From Auanema rhodensis (Eukaryota; Animalia; Nematoda), in assembly GCA_964057225.1 (NCBI GenBank), contig OZ059896.1:6200001-6264000 (forward strand): a stretch of 64,000 nt of DNA, in the 5' to 3' direction. The position numbers were made by a program, and so were the translations under genes. Positions within the stretch are counted from its first letter, which is position 1; the number at the start of each line of letters is the position of its first letter. Below the pieces are notes generated by a model, which saw only the letters and a list, made by a program, of their open reading frames with translations, had not been told where the DNA came from and made no database searches. This document shows, piece after piece, positions 25,212 to 37,900 of this stretch.

Positions 25212-28196
25212 TTAGTAAATATGAACTGTAGGAATAGCTCTATTACCCCGATCATAACGCAGTTTAAGAAAGTCTTGAATAAGAGAACGATCAACATCGG
25301 CCTAAAAATTGTAATACCGAAAAAGTGAATATTCAAATGCTTACTAAGACTGCACTGTTGGCAGCATCCGAAAGATTTTCTGGTAGTACTACAAGTAGAT
25401 TAGCTAGAGCGTGAAGACCTAAAAAAAAAATTAGGACAGTATTTTCGTCACATTACCATCAAACAATGTATTAGCTTCGTTCGATTTCCAGGACAAAATA
25501 TACTGTCGATAAACATTCAAATCACAAATCAGTGACATAGCACCCGCAGAATTGTAGGTAAACTGAAATATATAGTAAATATGTTTCCTATTTGAAACAC
25601 CTGTTGAATATGAGTTAGAAGCATTTTATGAAGTCTAACAGCTAGTTCAGATTGTAGAATCGTCAGATTTTCGCCATCGCAGCCTCTTTCCATGGCTGCG
25701 TGTTGAGACTTCAAAAACTTTAGAACCTGCTGACAAGCCTTTAAATTTGATTAAATAACGGCAAAACTTCATTAATGACTATACCATTGATCCACCAATA
25801 TTTAGCTGTTCTTTATCTGATTTCAAAAAGTCTGTTTTTTTTTGTTCGGTACTGAGAATATAACGACAATATCCAACTGAAGCACATCAATTGAATGAAT
25901 CTAGTACAAGAATAAACGCACTTAAAGCATTCAATTGTCGCTCAAGGCCTAAATTAATTTTTTGCTCTAATGAACGAAGGGCAGTTGTCCACTTTTTTGC
26001 TACACATTGCTCTACCGCTGTACCTCTGTAAAAATAAAAGTATAATATAATTTTTTTCATTATAGTAGTTACTTGACAAGTGGATAAACGGAATCTTCAT
26101 ATTGTTTGATAAGAAGAAGAACAATCGCAGTGTTTTGGGCAACAACCGAAAATATATAAGGAGGAGGTTCTGTCTTAGGTTCAGCCAAAGTAATTCCTGA
26201 AAAAGGTAAACCATCAATGATTTTAATTATAAAGCACACCAGCTATAGCTAATTCTATGGCATAATCCAAATGTTCTGTATATAAATATTTCAGCAAGAC
26301 ATCAAGAATATTTTCAGCCAATTTCGAAATTTCACTTTTTTCGCACAACTGAAAAGGGGAATGATGTTAATATAAAAACATTGGAAATTGAATTCGGTTT
26401 CCAATGAAGAAATTATTTCACCTGTGACGTTCGATGGAAAGCATTTTTCGTTTCCTGTAGAATACTGATGGCAACATCTTCTGATAAAAATGTTTCGCCA
26501 CCATAATTTTCAACAGTCATAAGTCGGGCCTGCACGTCGCGTTTTAATTCTTGGAAACTAAAAAGGAGTTAATAAATCGTGTACAATTAATCTTCTTACC
26601 CTCCACTTTGAATTTGCTTTTTAACATGATTTTTTGAATCATAAAATCGCTTAAGAATATAAGCACATTGACTATTTAGATAATCTGATTCTTCTTTAGA
26701 ATATGTTGAAAGATATCTACAAGTAGAATACTCTTGAGAAAAAAATTATATTGGTACCTATCAAAAATAGCTTTGGTGAGAGTTTGTAGAAATGAAGCAT
26801 CTGAACTTACATGCAGCTGATCTAATTCCTTGCATAACTTCAATGTACTAGAAAACTGGTGTGACCAAATCCAAAGTTAATAAGAATTACCTGGTGAACG
26901 ACTGTGCTAGCCCAGTTAAATATCCTTCATTATCATTACACTCTTTACAATCTCTCAAACGTGCATAAACGTTTTCTTTAATTTTCCCTGAGAAAACATT
27001 GAGCACCTAATAATACACATACACAAAAACAATAAAATGAGACCAATAGATACCAGCTTCTGAACTACTTGCATGGGCGAAGGAAATATGGCTTCAAGTT
27101 TGGGTTTGTACTGTTTAATCAGTTGTAGCGCATCCGCAAAAACATCACCATTTCGACTATGAGAATGAGCTTGGATGTACTCCACATAGCCATCAACACA
27201 ATCAGAATAGCCCTGTCATATTATATTAATTAGATCATAAACTCAATCATTATCTCTACCTTAAACTCACTCAAAATTTTAGCGACCTCGGACATTTTTT
27301 TCTCGTCTCTCTGCGAACGAGCAAACTCTTCCATTAAAAGATTCTCTACTTCTTTATATCTTAGTCAATAACATTATACAGTTCACACCTCGATATTGTA
27401 CCTATGAGATATCCTAATCTGAACATGAGAAAACTTTTCTTTGGAAAGCTCTTGAGATATTGAATATAGTTTTTGAATAAGGTCTGCTGATTCAAGAAGC
27501 TATAAAACTAATGTTTTTTGTTATGAAAAATTTTAAAAATACTTTATCTGGGTCAGTGAATATCATTGAATTTAAGGGTTGGTCAGAGAGAAACTCATCA
27601 AAGTGTTGGATTAATTGTAACGCATCATTAGCCCGTGATCTTGGCACATGAACCTAAATATATAATGTACAGAACAAAAACAAATTAAAATTATACCGAT
27701 TCTAATTGATCGCCCAAATGAACCACTTTAGTTGAAACATTTTGCATTGTAGAGTCCAATTGCTACAAGCAGATATTATGAAACAGAAAATGAAACAAAA
27801 TGTTTACTTACTTTCATTTTTTCAAGAGCTTCACCATTTTTTTCGTACAAGCTTTGCAGTTTCCGAACATAATCGATCTTGTCATTATCCAATTCCCGTT
27901 CCAAAGTATTTATTTTGGTCTAGAACATTAAAGATTTTCAGTTGATGAAAAATAATCAAGACAAACTTGGAATTGATCGCAAAGCAGTTGAAGACTTCCT
28001 ATTTCTTCTTCAAATTTATTTTTAAGAGTGATTGGATCTGCTATTGTTTCAGCTCCCCCAGTCATACGCCATGCCAATCTTTCGACGAAATCCATAGCGT
28101 CGAATGGATCCTATTTTTATATAATAAAAAATATATAACACAAACAACCTGTTCAAGATCTTCCACATAAGTTGAAAAATATTGACCTCCACTCAT
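25212..28196 (-). CDS. sec-10: Exocyst component Sec10 (EXOC5)
   Basis: YVEDLEQDPFDAMDFVERLAWR, VSTKVVHLGDQLES, ETFLSEDVAISILQETKNAFHR, FTYNSAGAMSLICDLNVYR, LHALANLLVVLPENL; ends IPTVHIY* at 25214-25212. Confidence 0.94.
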
Positions 28197-28594
28197 TTTG
28201 TTCCACTACTTTTCATTGAATTCCATATAAGAAAAAGCATATGAGCAGTACGCAGAAAAGATTAGTGCATATAACACCGACTTTGTTGTCGTAATTACGA
28301 CTTTGAAAAAGAATACCGTTCCGGTGGAAACATGTTCAAACTTAAAAATAAAAGACTTGGTAAATCAAATTTTTGTACTCAATTAGGAAGGTATAGGAAT
28401 AAAATCGAATCTAAATAAAAAATCAAAAACTTATATAAATTTATTAAATCATAATATAGTTTTACATTATTTACAAATATAAGGCAGGACAATTCTTCTA
28501 TTCGCATATGGCACATGTATTAAGTACGAATTGTGACTAGAAATCAATTTACAATTTAAAGCTACACTATTTGTGTAAAAAATCCCTAGTAAGT

Positions 28595-29393
28595 TTAGTT
28601 ATCATCAAACTTTTTAACATCTTCATTCTCATCTGGATAGAACCATAGCGGAAACATTCCGATGAGACAGCCAAGACTCAATCCCAACGCTCTAGCAGAA
28701 TTGGTCGTGTAGCGAGCCTGAATAGTTAATATATTGAGATTTGAGAGTGCAGAAAGGTAAACCTTTGAGCTCTCTAATTGTTTCGACGTTAAAGCCGGAT
28801 GTTTGATGCCTGCCTTGTTCACTAAGATTTCCACATAGTGTGCAAGCCCAACACCAGCTACATCCGATACAAGATTACCCAGGGCAGCAGCCGCCATTGT
28901 AGAAATACACAAATAAACTCCCATTTTCTAAGTCCTTTCGATTAAAATATCAGAAAAATATTTCTACCTGATCAATGAACTCCCCAGCGAATATCATAAT
29001 CATATTATCTAGAAAGCCAAATGCAACAAACGGTATAGCATTAACAAGAAACAGAGCTCGACTTTGTTCGATAGTAATCGGCAATACTAACTGTGAATAA
29101 ATTATACTTCTAAGGTAGAATTTCTAACTTACTGAATTTTGTTTCGAGCTAGCCTTATCCAATGCGTTTTTCAGCCATTTTTGTTCTTCTGTGGATAGGC
29201 GAGTAGCTATCTAAAACTACTGTTTTGCATAAATTTTGATTACTGAATTAACTTCCATTGCATCCTCTGGACAGTCAATTATTAATTTGTCAAGATGTTT
29301 AAATGCACCAGTTGTTGATTTCCTTGATGATTGGAGGTAATTTGTTTCCTTCAAAGTGCGAAAAAAAATGCGACTGCTGCCCAAAAACCGCAT
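28595..29393 (-). CDS. TMEM65: TMEM65 mitochondrial membrane protein
   Basis: Basic presequence MRFLGSSRIFFRTLK; NAIPFVAFGFLDNMIMIFAGEFID, ISTMAAAALGNLVSDVAGVG, GLSLGCLIGMFPLWF. Confidence 0.93.
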
Positions 29394-29536
29394 TCTAAAG
29401 AAAAATAAAAATGTTATCATTTTCAACATAAAAAAGTATATAACATTGATAATACAACGATAATTTCAAATCAAGAATACTCTCCTGTATTTCATTTATA
29501 AAAGCGAAATAAAAACAATCGAAAAAGAAGTTTTAC

Positions 29537-31123
29537 TTAATAACGTCTTCGGCCTCCTCGATGCTGTAAGTTACCGCCAAGTTCACCTCTTTGATTATGA
29601 CCTTCACATATGTTTTCATATCGATTAACAAACTCCTGGCGCACCTAAAACTACTTTTGTTTTGTCATTTTTATTCAAAACAGTAATTACCTGACTCTCC
29701 ACATTTGAAATATTGCGTTGTCCATTTTTATTTCCTCTTCCATGATAACTTCCATGACCTCTGCTTCTTTCAGTGTTCCGAGTACCTTGTTGTTGTTCTA
29801 AAATTCAAATTCTAAATTTATTTGAATGATATCTGTACTGAATGTTTCAGATGGAGCGGGTGTCATATCTGTAGTGCGTCCTCCTCTGTCAGCGGGAGGA
29901 GCTGAGTCCGCCAATGGATGAACAATACTTCTCGTTTTCGCTCTTCAATAGTACAAATATAGATACTTTAATACATAAAATGAACCTTCTCCTGGTGCTG
30001 CTGGCTCGTTCGATTTTCGTAATATATTGTGTAGCCGCTAAAACATCAGCTATATCAGAAACGTAAACTTGAGAGAACGCTTTTCTTTTAGTTGCGAATA
30101 AGTTCATTATGTTATTTTCGTGAACTCTAATTCTACTTGCCCTGAATTTCCCATGGCTTATTAGGTGAATGAACAAAGGGCGAACCAAAGAAATGAGTTT
30201 ATGGTAACATCAATCCGTTTCAATAATAAAAGATTTCTTGCATGACAATCGTGATTAAATCTACTAATCACCTAAAATTAAATAAATTTATGTTCTGCTC
30301 ACGGTTTAAAAAGACCTTATTAATGACAAGAGATCGTTTGGAATCGATAGAATCTTTAAACAGTGGTACGGGTTTTTCTGTGTAGCTTTTTAAGCGCGAG
30401 TCAGTCTGGAATTATAGCTTGGAGTATACTAAAGTTGTAAAAGTTAAATAAATAGTGAAGCATGCAAGTAAACAAACAGCTGTTGTTATAGCCGAAATTA
30501 TATCGCGAGGTGTCGGAGAGACGGCAGGTTTAGAAACAGACAATAGATTTAAGCTATTTTTCACGTTTTCCCAAATATCGTCATTATTTACAGATTTCTG
30601 AATAACATTTAAGATAGCCTGAGTTATCGACTATAAAATTAATACCGTGCATGACTTTGAAAGCATTGCCTTCGCGTGTAAACGAGCACTTTTGATTTCG
30701 TGCAATAAGAATAGGATAAGAATTTTTCGATTATCAGCCGTACTGAATCTATTTTCGATGGGACCACAACATATTGATTCTAGTGGGCATTCTAAAATAA
30801 AGATAGGAAATTCATACATCTACGAACTGACCAAGTTGACTGAGAAAGACGCTAAGATCTAATAAAAACCCATTGACGTCTTCATCGCTTTTCATTGCAA
30901 AAATGGTATCTTTAATTCCATAAAGACTCGAAAGCTCATTACATAACACACAAATCAGGTTTGAAAAGCCAACATTTATATCAGATTGTGCTAATGGACC
31001 ACAATCATCAAATCCAACCAGTGCCTCTATACTACAGAAAGAAACCAATCATTTCAAAATCATAATAGGTTACCCATGCAAATTATGCTCAGAAAACGAG
31101 AGAACTGGTGAATCAACATCCAT
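29537..31123 (-). CDS. FAM98: FAM98 family protein
   Basis: FLLDLSVFLSQLECPLESICCGP..RF...RKILILFLLHEIKSARL; LARNLLLLKRIDVTINSF; PPADRGGRTTDM; Arg/Gly-rich end HRGGRRRY*. Confidence 0.85.
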
Positions 31124-31365
31124 GTCAACCTTAATCCTCACTGGAAAAAAGCATTCAAATTACAACAAGAATATTTAATTCTAATGTTATGTGATTAAAA
31201 AAATAACATTTTCAAAATGTGTCCTGCAACAAACATTTTCCGCCCTTCAAATTAATAAGAAGTTAAGGTTGAGAACTGTTAGCAAAATAACTATTTTTTT
31301 CAAAATTTATTTAATATTTATAAATAACAATTAAATATAATGTTTGTTTATTAGTTAAAAATAAA

Positions 31366-31786
31366 ATGCCACGTTTATGGCGAGGAACATTACATCAGCC
31401 TTTTGCTGTCAAACTTTTCAAGGGAATTTGGAATGCTCATCCTAGGTTTGCAACCAGAACTGTTCTAGTTAAAGATAATGATGTTGATGGAGCTTTTCAG
31501 TTATTGAACAGGTTGTTAGATAGAAATAGTTTGAATTTTCTTCTCTCATTTAAGAATGATGGATTCTGAAGGGTTAATTAAAATAATTAGAAGAACGCAA
31601 TTCTATCAAAAACCATATATGCAAAGAAAAGCATTATCATTAGAAGCTTCTAGTGCTATATTCAATGAAGATATGAACAGGAAGATGAAGTACGTCATAT
31701 CTTTAGTTCTGTTAATTTTTTTATTATATAGATTTTTGATGCGAAAGAATAGACCTGATGCATATCCTGGTCAAATTACAGCTTAG
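31366..31786 (+). CDS. mrps-21: Mitochondrial ribosomal protein S21, 3 exons
   Basis: HPRFATRTVLVKDNDVDGAFQLLNR, EGLIKIIRRTQFYQKPYMQR, EDMNRKMKFLMRKNRPDAYPG. Confidence 0.93.
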
Positions 31787-32004
31787 TTGTTTTTTGTTTG
31801 TATCGCAATTGTTTATTCTCAGATATATAATAAATAATGAAGGTTTTATTACAGGAAACATATAGCTACAAAAAAAATTGAAGTTGTACAATATGGTGAG
31901 CTTATTCCAATAAATATCACAGGAGCCATAGTTCACGTGTTAGTATTACATTTCCATTAGAAAGATTAATTTGACTAGAAAAAGTTAGAAGCTCTTAAAA
32001 AAGC

Positions 32005-34322
32005 TCAATCATCCGGAGGATCTTCTTCCATATCCTCCTCATTTCTGTAAGCGTCGGGTGAATCAGAAGCTATATTAAAAGGTATCGGCAAAACATGGGA
32101 TCTGGGAGATCCAGGAGGAGCGGGTGGGCAAGTGTGCGGGCTAACTTCGAGCTTTCTTGAATCATTATTAGCTTCAGTCATAGCATTATTGATAATTTCT
32201 AACTAAACATATAAAGTATATAATATTTATTTGAGCCTTCGGCTACCTGGGTAATACTATCTTTATGTCCTTTAAGAATTGCTAAATTAAAATGACTGTA
32301 TGCTTTCCGAGGACGATCAATTTTCGCATGAAATTCACCTAGTAAATGGTGTAGCATTGCCATGGAATTGTACGGAAATTTTGTATTCTAGATTAAATGA
32401 TTTTATATGTTTGATACATGAAAACAAACCGTTAATTTATTTAATAATTCAATACCCTTAGAATAATTACACGTTGCTTCATAATGATCTATGAGAACCC
32501 ATACGGCATCAAGCATGAATGGATAGACTGAAACTATCTTTTCTAGAATTCTTTGAGCTTCCTAAAAAAACTTAATTTCTCATAATTATAAAACAACTTC
32601 ATAGATTCATACCATTCTTTCATCCATGCTTCCACTCTTCATAAGCAGTTTTGCTTTCAAAACATCTACACGGGGATCGTTAGGATGATACAGGGAGCAT
32701 CCTGAGAGAGCATTCTTCGCCTCTTCAAAACTATACAACAATTCAACACTGTATATTATACGCATACTTGTTTTCTTGTAAATGAAGAGCAATAATACTT
32801 TCGTATAAATCAAAATTTTGAGGATCATCTTGAATAGCTTCTTTCAAATGAGATATTGCCTCTAAGCTTCTATCTTAAATGCTCACATTAGCTTAGAAAT
32901 CAAAAATAACATTCGTACCCATATCTTTTAAAATTAAAGCCTTCAACATCATAGCCCCACTATGAACTCTCCCACCAAATAATTTCGTGTTACATGCTTT
33001 ATGAGCGAATTGAAGAGCACTGGAGAGATGCTTTGCTCCTCCTGAAAACAGTTATTTAAGTTTAACTCAACAATCGTAGGAATTAATAACAAAAGTGAAT
33101 AGTACCTAAAGATCTAGATAGATAACCAAATATAATATAGGCTTCAATTGAGTTAGCACAATTTCGCATTATTGTTGGTCCCAAGTTCTCTAAATTTTTT
33201 CGGTGGTCTGGTTCCTAAGCGAATCATATCACAAGATGAACAGTAGCGAAATAATCACTATTGCATATAAATAAGCTAAGATTTCCATTCCATCTGCTCT
33301 TTCATCATCCATTGCATGAGCTTTAGCTAGTTCAGATCTGGCATCGTTTTTCATGCCCATACTATAGAAAAGTCTTCCTAATTCTATGGAAATCTTACGG
33401 CTGTAACAGAAATATTATTCATTGTTATCATAAAAAAAACAAACTTGAATCCGATACGATCGGTAGTGAGTAGCTGTATTGCAGAATGAATATCAGATTC
33501 ATAGACAAGCTTATGAGCTTTTATAAACAAATTAATGTTAACAAGACTTTTATCCGGTTCAGTATTTACAGTTACTCCTACCCTTGCTAATTGATCTAAA
33601 GTACAATATGCCACAGGACAATGCTCCACAAGTGATCTGAAATTAGCTGTTCTAAATTCTTGTTTGTTCCAATATAGAAAAACTTCATATATTTTATAGC
33701 AGAACTTTTATCATTCAAAGTTGTCTCTCTTGAAACTAATAACTTGGCAATAGCATGATTAATCTTGGGTGGAGCACCTTCACTAGATATTTTAAGAAGA
33801 ACTCCTTAAATATAGTTGTATATATAAGTATACCTAAAGCTTATACCTAAAGCTTCTTCATATTTATGCTCCTTCATTAAAGATTTATGGAACCGATATC
33901 GTACATCAGCATCAGATAAATTCTGTAATAAATCAGTAAATTTTGTTCCGAAATCATAAAGATGTAAAGGAATAGCTGGCTGCTATGGATTACAATACCT
34001 TTGTAGTAATTCCTCGGGATACTTGAGAATATAATTGAATAGCTTGTTCGTAATACTAAACCAGTAATTAAAATTTATAACAATATGCTACTGTCTTACT
34101 CTTATACTTAGCTTATGTTGTTCCAAATGAGAGTAAGCATCGGCCACATAAACATTGTAATGATATTCCTGTTTTTGAGTCAAACTGAAATATATTAGCT
34201 AGTTCAAATAAAATAATATAATTAGACTACCCATTTGTGGCATTTTCTAACTCATGAACAAATATCACCTCTTCGTAAAGCTCATAATTATACAGAGTTT
34301 GAACACTTTCGAAAATCCTCAT
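32005..34322 (-). CDS. ANAPC7: Anaphase-promoting complex subunit 7-like TPR protein
   Basis: N-terminal LTQKQEYHYNVYVADAY, DVRYRFHKSL, PPKINHAIAKL and LVEHCPVA align in order with APC7 segments as recalled (PPQKYQLLVYHADSL, EVKYKMAEC, TPKINMMLANL, VLRQCPLA); many TPRs follow; acidic tail EEDMEEDPPDD*. Confidence 0.75.
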
Positions 34323-34909
34323 TTAATGAGAATTTTCTTCTACTGAACAATAAATAAAATGAAAAATGACAATGACCGAAACACTCAATAATTCAACATG
34401 TTAAAACTATATATTATTTAAATTACTTTTATTGTTATTGTACACTAATCAGTTATCAATACTGATTTTGACATTAAGAAATAAAATAGAACTGTACTAT
34501 TTAGCCGTTATGAATTTCCCTATATATTAATATGCAAAACAAGTTATGAATAACAGTAAAAATTCACTAAAGTGGTATTGATACTAAAACTAATTAGTAG
34601 CAGGATTGAATCGCGCTCCAGCTTTACAGTACATTCCTCAATAAGCAAGTAAATGTAAAGTAAATAACAATTATTCCCTTAGGCAGATTACAGAGCTTTT
34701 CAGTTGTAAATTATTATTATTAAGTGTTCAATGCTTACTCAGATCGTTTTCGAGAATATTTTTTGATGTATCCAGGAAGTTTTTAAAATTTCAAAGTGTT
34801 AATGTTATCTTTCCCACATCTCCGATTTCCGATTATCAGAACCTAGTCTTCTCTTAATTCTCCAGTTTATCCGCACTTTGATATATTTAACACTGCTTGC
34901 TCTTGACAA

Positions 34910-37900
34910 ATGACGGTGGGAATAACCACCACCACTGGCATTAAATTTAAATCCAACATTTGGTTTGTACGTTGATCCTGGTTCTTGCTTCATTTGTGTA
35001 TGGGATATTCTAAAACTGATATAGCCAATTCTTTTATTGATATTAATAAAAACTATGTAAAAAAGAATCACCATCATGCCAAAGGTTTCTTTTCTTGAGT
35101 TTTTCAATATATAAAAATTTCCAATTTTTTGTTGTTCAGGCCCCAACTCACTTATGAGCAATCCATATGTATGCGAAACAGAGTTGGATGAACTCAATGC
35201 TGATGATTCTATTATTGACTTTACTTATATATCTGAAGAGAAGTTTCTTCTAGTTTTTCTTCTAGTCTCTAATGGTAAGGTTTTTTTCTAATGGTGTTTT
35301 AAATTCATAATTCTATAGGAGATATTCAAGCGTATTATGAAGTGGGATCTGCTGGCCCAACGAAGAAAATCATAAATATTAGAAATATATGTAACAGGTT
35401 TTTTATTATGGAAATTTTTCTTTCCTATTAGTTTTTTTACAGGAATATTGATCCGGTCACTATTTCTGTTGCACCTGATGCTAGCTTCGTAGTTTTAGGA
35501 TTAATAGATGGAGAAATTCTAGTCATACCTATGAAATTGATTTTGGTATGTTTTTAAAATTTTTTTTCATATCTTACATAAACAAGACACATTTTTACCG
35601 TTATATTTGTATGATAAGCTCTTCTAATTGTTAAAATTTTTGATTCGTTTAAGGATGTTACTTGGTCAACTGGTAGCGCACATTCAACACTTCGCAATAT
35701 GCCTGTTTTCATTAATTTTATTTCTCCTGGCATTGATCCTCTTATGATAATTCCAACTTGTACGCGTTGTTTCTTGACGAAGTTTCCTGTAAGACCTACC
35801 GTTGCACTTACTAATAAGGTTTTTTTTACAACTTGTTTTATAACAGATATAAATTATTTAGCAAGGAAGTATTTATTTGATTGATCTAGAATCTCGGAAA
35901 TGTGTGGCGGAGCTTTCGGCTCCTGAAAGCTTACATAGAATTGATATTGTTTCTGACCCAAAAGAGATGACTACGGATTTATTAGTTGAATAATGTTACC
36001 AGATTACAAAAATATAAAATTACCCTGTAGGTTACCAGTTTCACCAATGCACAGTGGGTTATACCGTTGGAGAACTGTGGCAGAAGCTTTAGTGAAGTTT
36101 TAACTACCGCAAATCCATCAGAATTTCGACAAGTTAAAATATATTGATGCGCTTTTCTCATGACCTTCCTGTTTCAGGTGCAACCAATAGTATCACAATT
36201 GTTTATTCAACCGAATGGGATTTTAGCTATTAACAACGAATCAGATGCGGTAGAGTTATATGATAATATATCATCTGTGGGCAATGTTTCAAAAAAGCGG
36301 TACAAGGTATATTTTTTAAGTATTAGTTTGATGTTATTCATTATTTTCTATTTCTTAATAGATACCTCCTGATACATGGCTTGCTTTTTTCACTGATAAT
36401 GTTTTATTTGTGGTATCTGGGCAATCTGAATTACGTTGCGCTATTCATTTCGGGGTTAGTACATATTCTATTGTTTTATTTTCTGCTTCTTTTAAATATG
36501 ATATTTATATTACAGCTAAATTGTGTAAGACTCGATTACTCCGTCATTAGAGGCACAGCAGATTGGCGCATATTGGCTTTTCTTCCGCTTTGTCATGTAG
36601 GTACGAGTTTGTCTGCTTGCTTGATCATCAATGAACGAGGACTCGTTAGGATATCACAACAGGCTGAGTTAGTTTTCACTCACTAATCGATTTGTTACAA
36701 TATCCCTGACTTCTGCTGGAGTTAACATAAATATTATCAAAAGTTTTGCTGTCAATGTTTCATTTTTTGTCTAAATTAATTTTCCTCGGAGCACAATAAC
36801 ATTCTATATAATAGTTACTTAACCCATGTGGATGATTACTGCGTTTACAACAGCTGTTCTCGTGTATTATTATCGATAGCTTTCTGTAAGAATTGCTATG
36901 ATTTCTTTTTTGTTTTCATGATTGTTTTATTCTACTTTCGTTTTACAGGAGAACAATTGAAGAAATTGCTTCTGAATTTCTTTTTCGAGCTCCTGTTTTT
37001 TCTTTGAATAGTGTTTATCAAGTTTCTGAAGCCTGTAGGGTGGATTCGAAATCTTTGAAAGTATGCTTTTTCATATCAATTGCTTATATTTTAGTTAATA
37101 TTTAGAAGTCTCTGCTGCCTTGTTTATTGAATGCACGGAAGGGAAATAAGATTTCGCACATTGATCTAGCTCGGCTCCTTACGATGGCAAAAGGATTAGA
37201 AGTTTGTTCTTGAAGAAATTAGAACTAAGTTTTGAATTTCAGCTGACTATGGATCAACTTATTAATATCTTCTCAGCTACTCATCACGAGGACAGTTTAT
37301 TAGTCGAAGTATATTTAGTATTTAGTATTGTTTAAAAATTGCATTGTTTTTTCAGCTTTTGCGGCTTGTTGATGAAGATAAAAGAAGTCCTTTGAGAGTA
37401 CGAGTTGTAGAACTTTTTGCGAAAAAATGCCTGAATATGAAAGATAGGGAAGATTATGAGCTTTATCGGCAAAAGAAAGATTGTGAATTGAGGTTGAATT
37501 AAAGTTGTTTTTAAATTATATTCTATATTTAGTTCCTTTCTTTCACGATGCCCTGATGTGCTGTCCGATGTCAGTCTGCTCTTAACTGTTCCTATGTGGA
37601 AAAGCGCATGTCTCTTGGCTACAAGAAGTAAGGAAACGGCTGCAGTGGTTTTGGAACATATTTCTCATGATGGCGTTAGAATATGGGAATATTCTAACAG
37701 AAATATCCGCGCTCAAGTAGATTTTGCGTCTTATATCATTTGCTTGAACCGTATTTCAGATTCTTGCGTGTCTTTTTCAATTAGATTGGGGAAGCGTTAA
37801 CGACAAGCAGATTGAGAAATTGATTTCTTTATTATGCGGTTGGCACGCAGATTTTCTTGCTCCGGCTCATTACGAAAATTGTCTAAGAATCGCTGACTTA

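Noticed and set aside
34805-35197. 130-aa minus-strand ORF
   Set aside because: Overlaps the first exons of the glo-4-like gene on the other strand; no recognisable product.
36663-36664. Apparent GC donor in the glo-4-like gene
   Set aside because: A canonical GT five bases downstream gives the correct phase.
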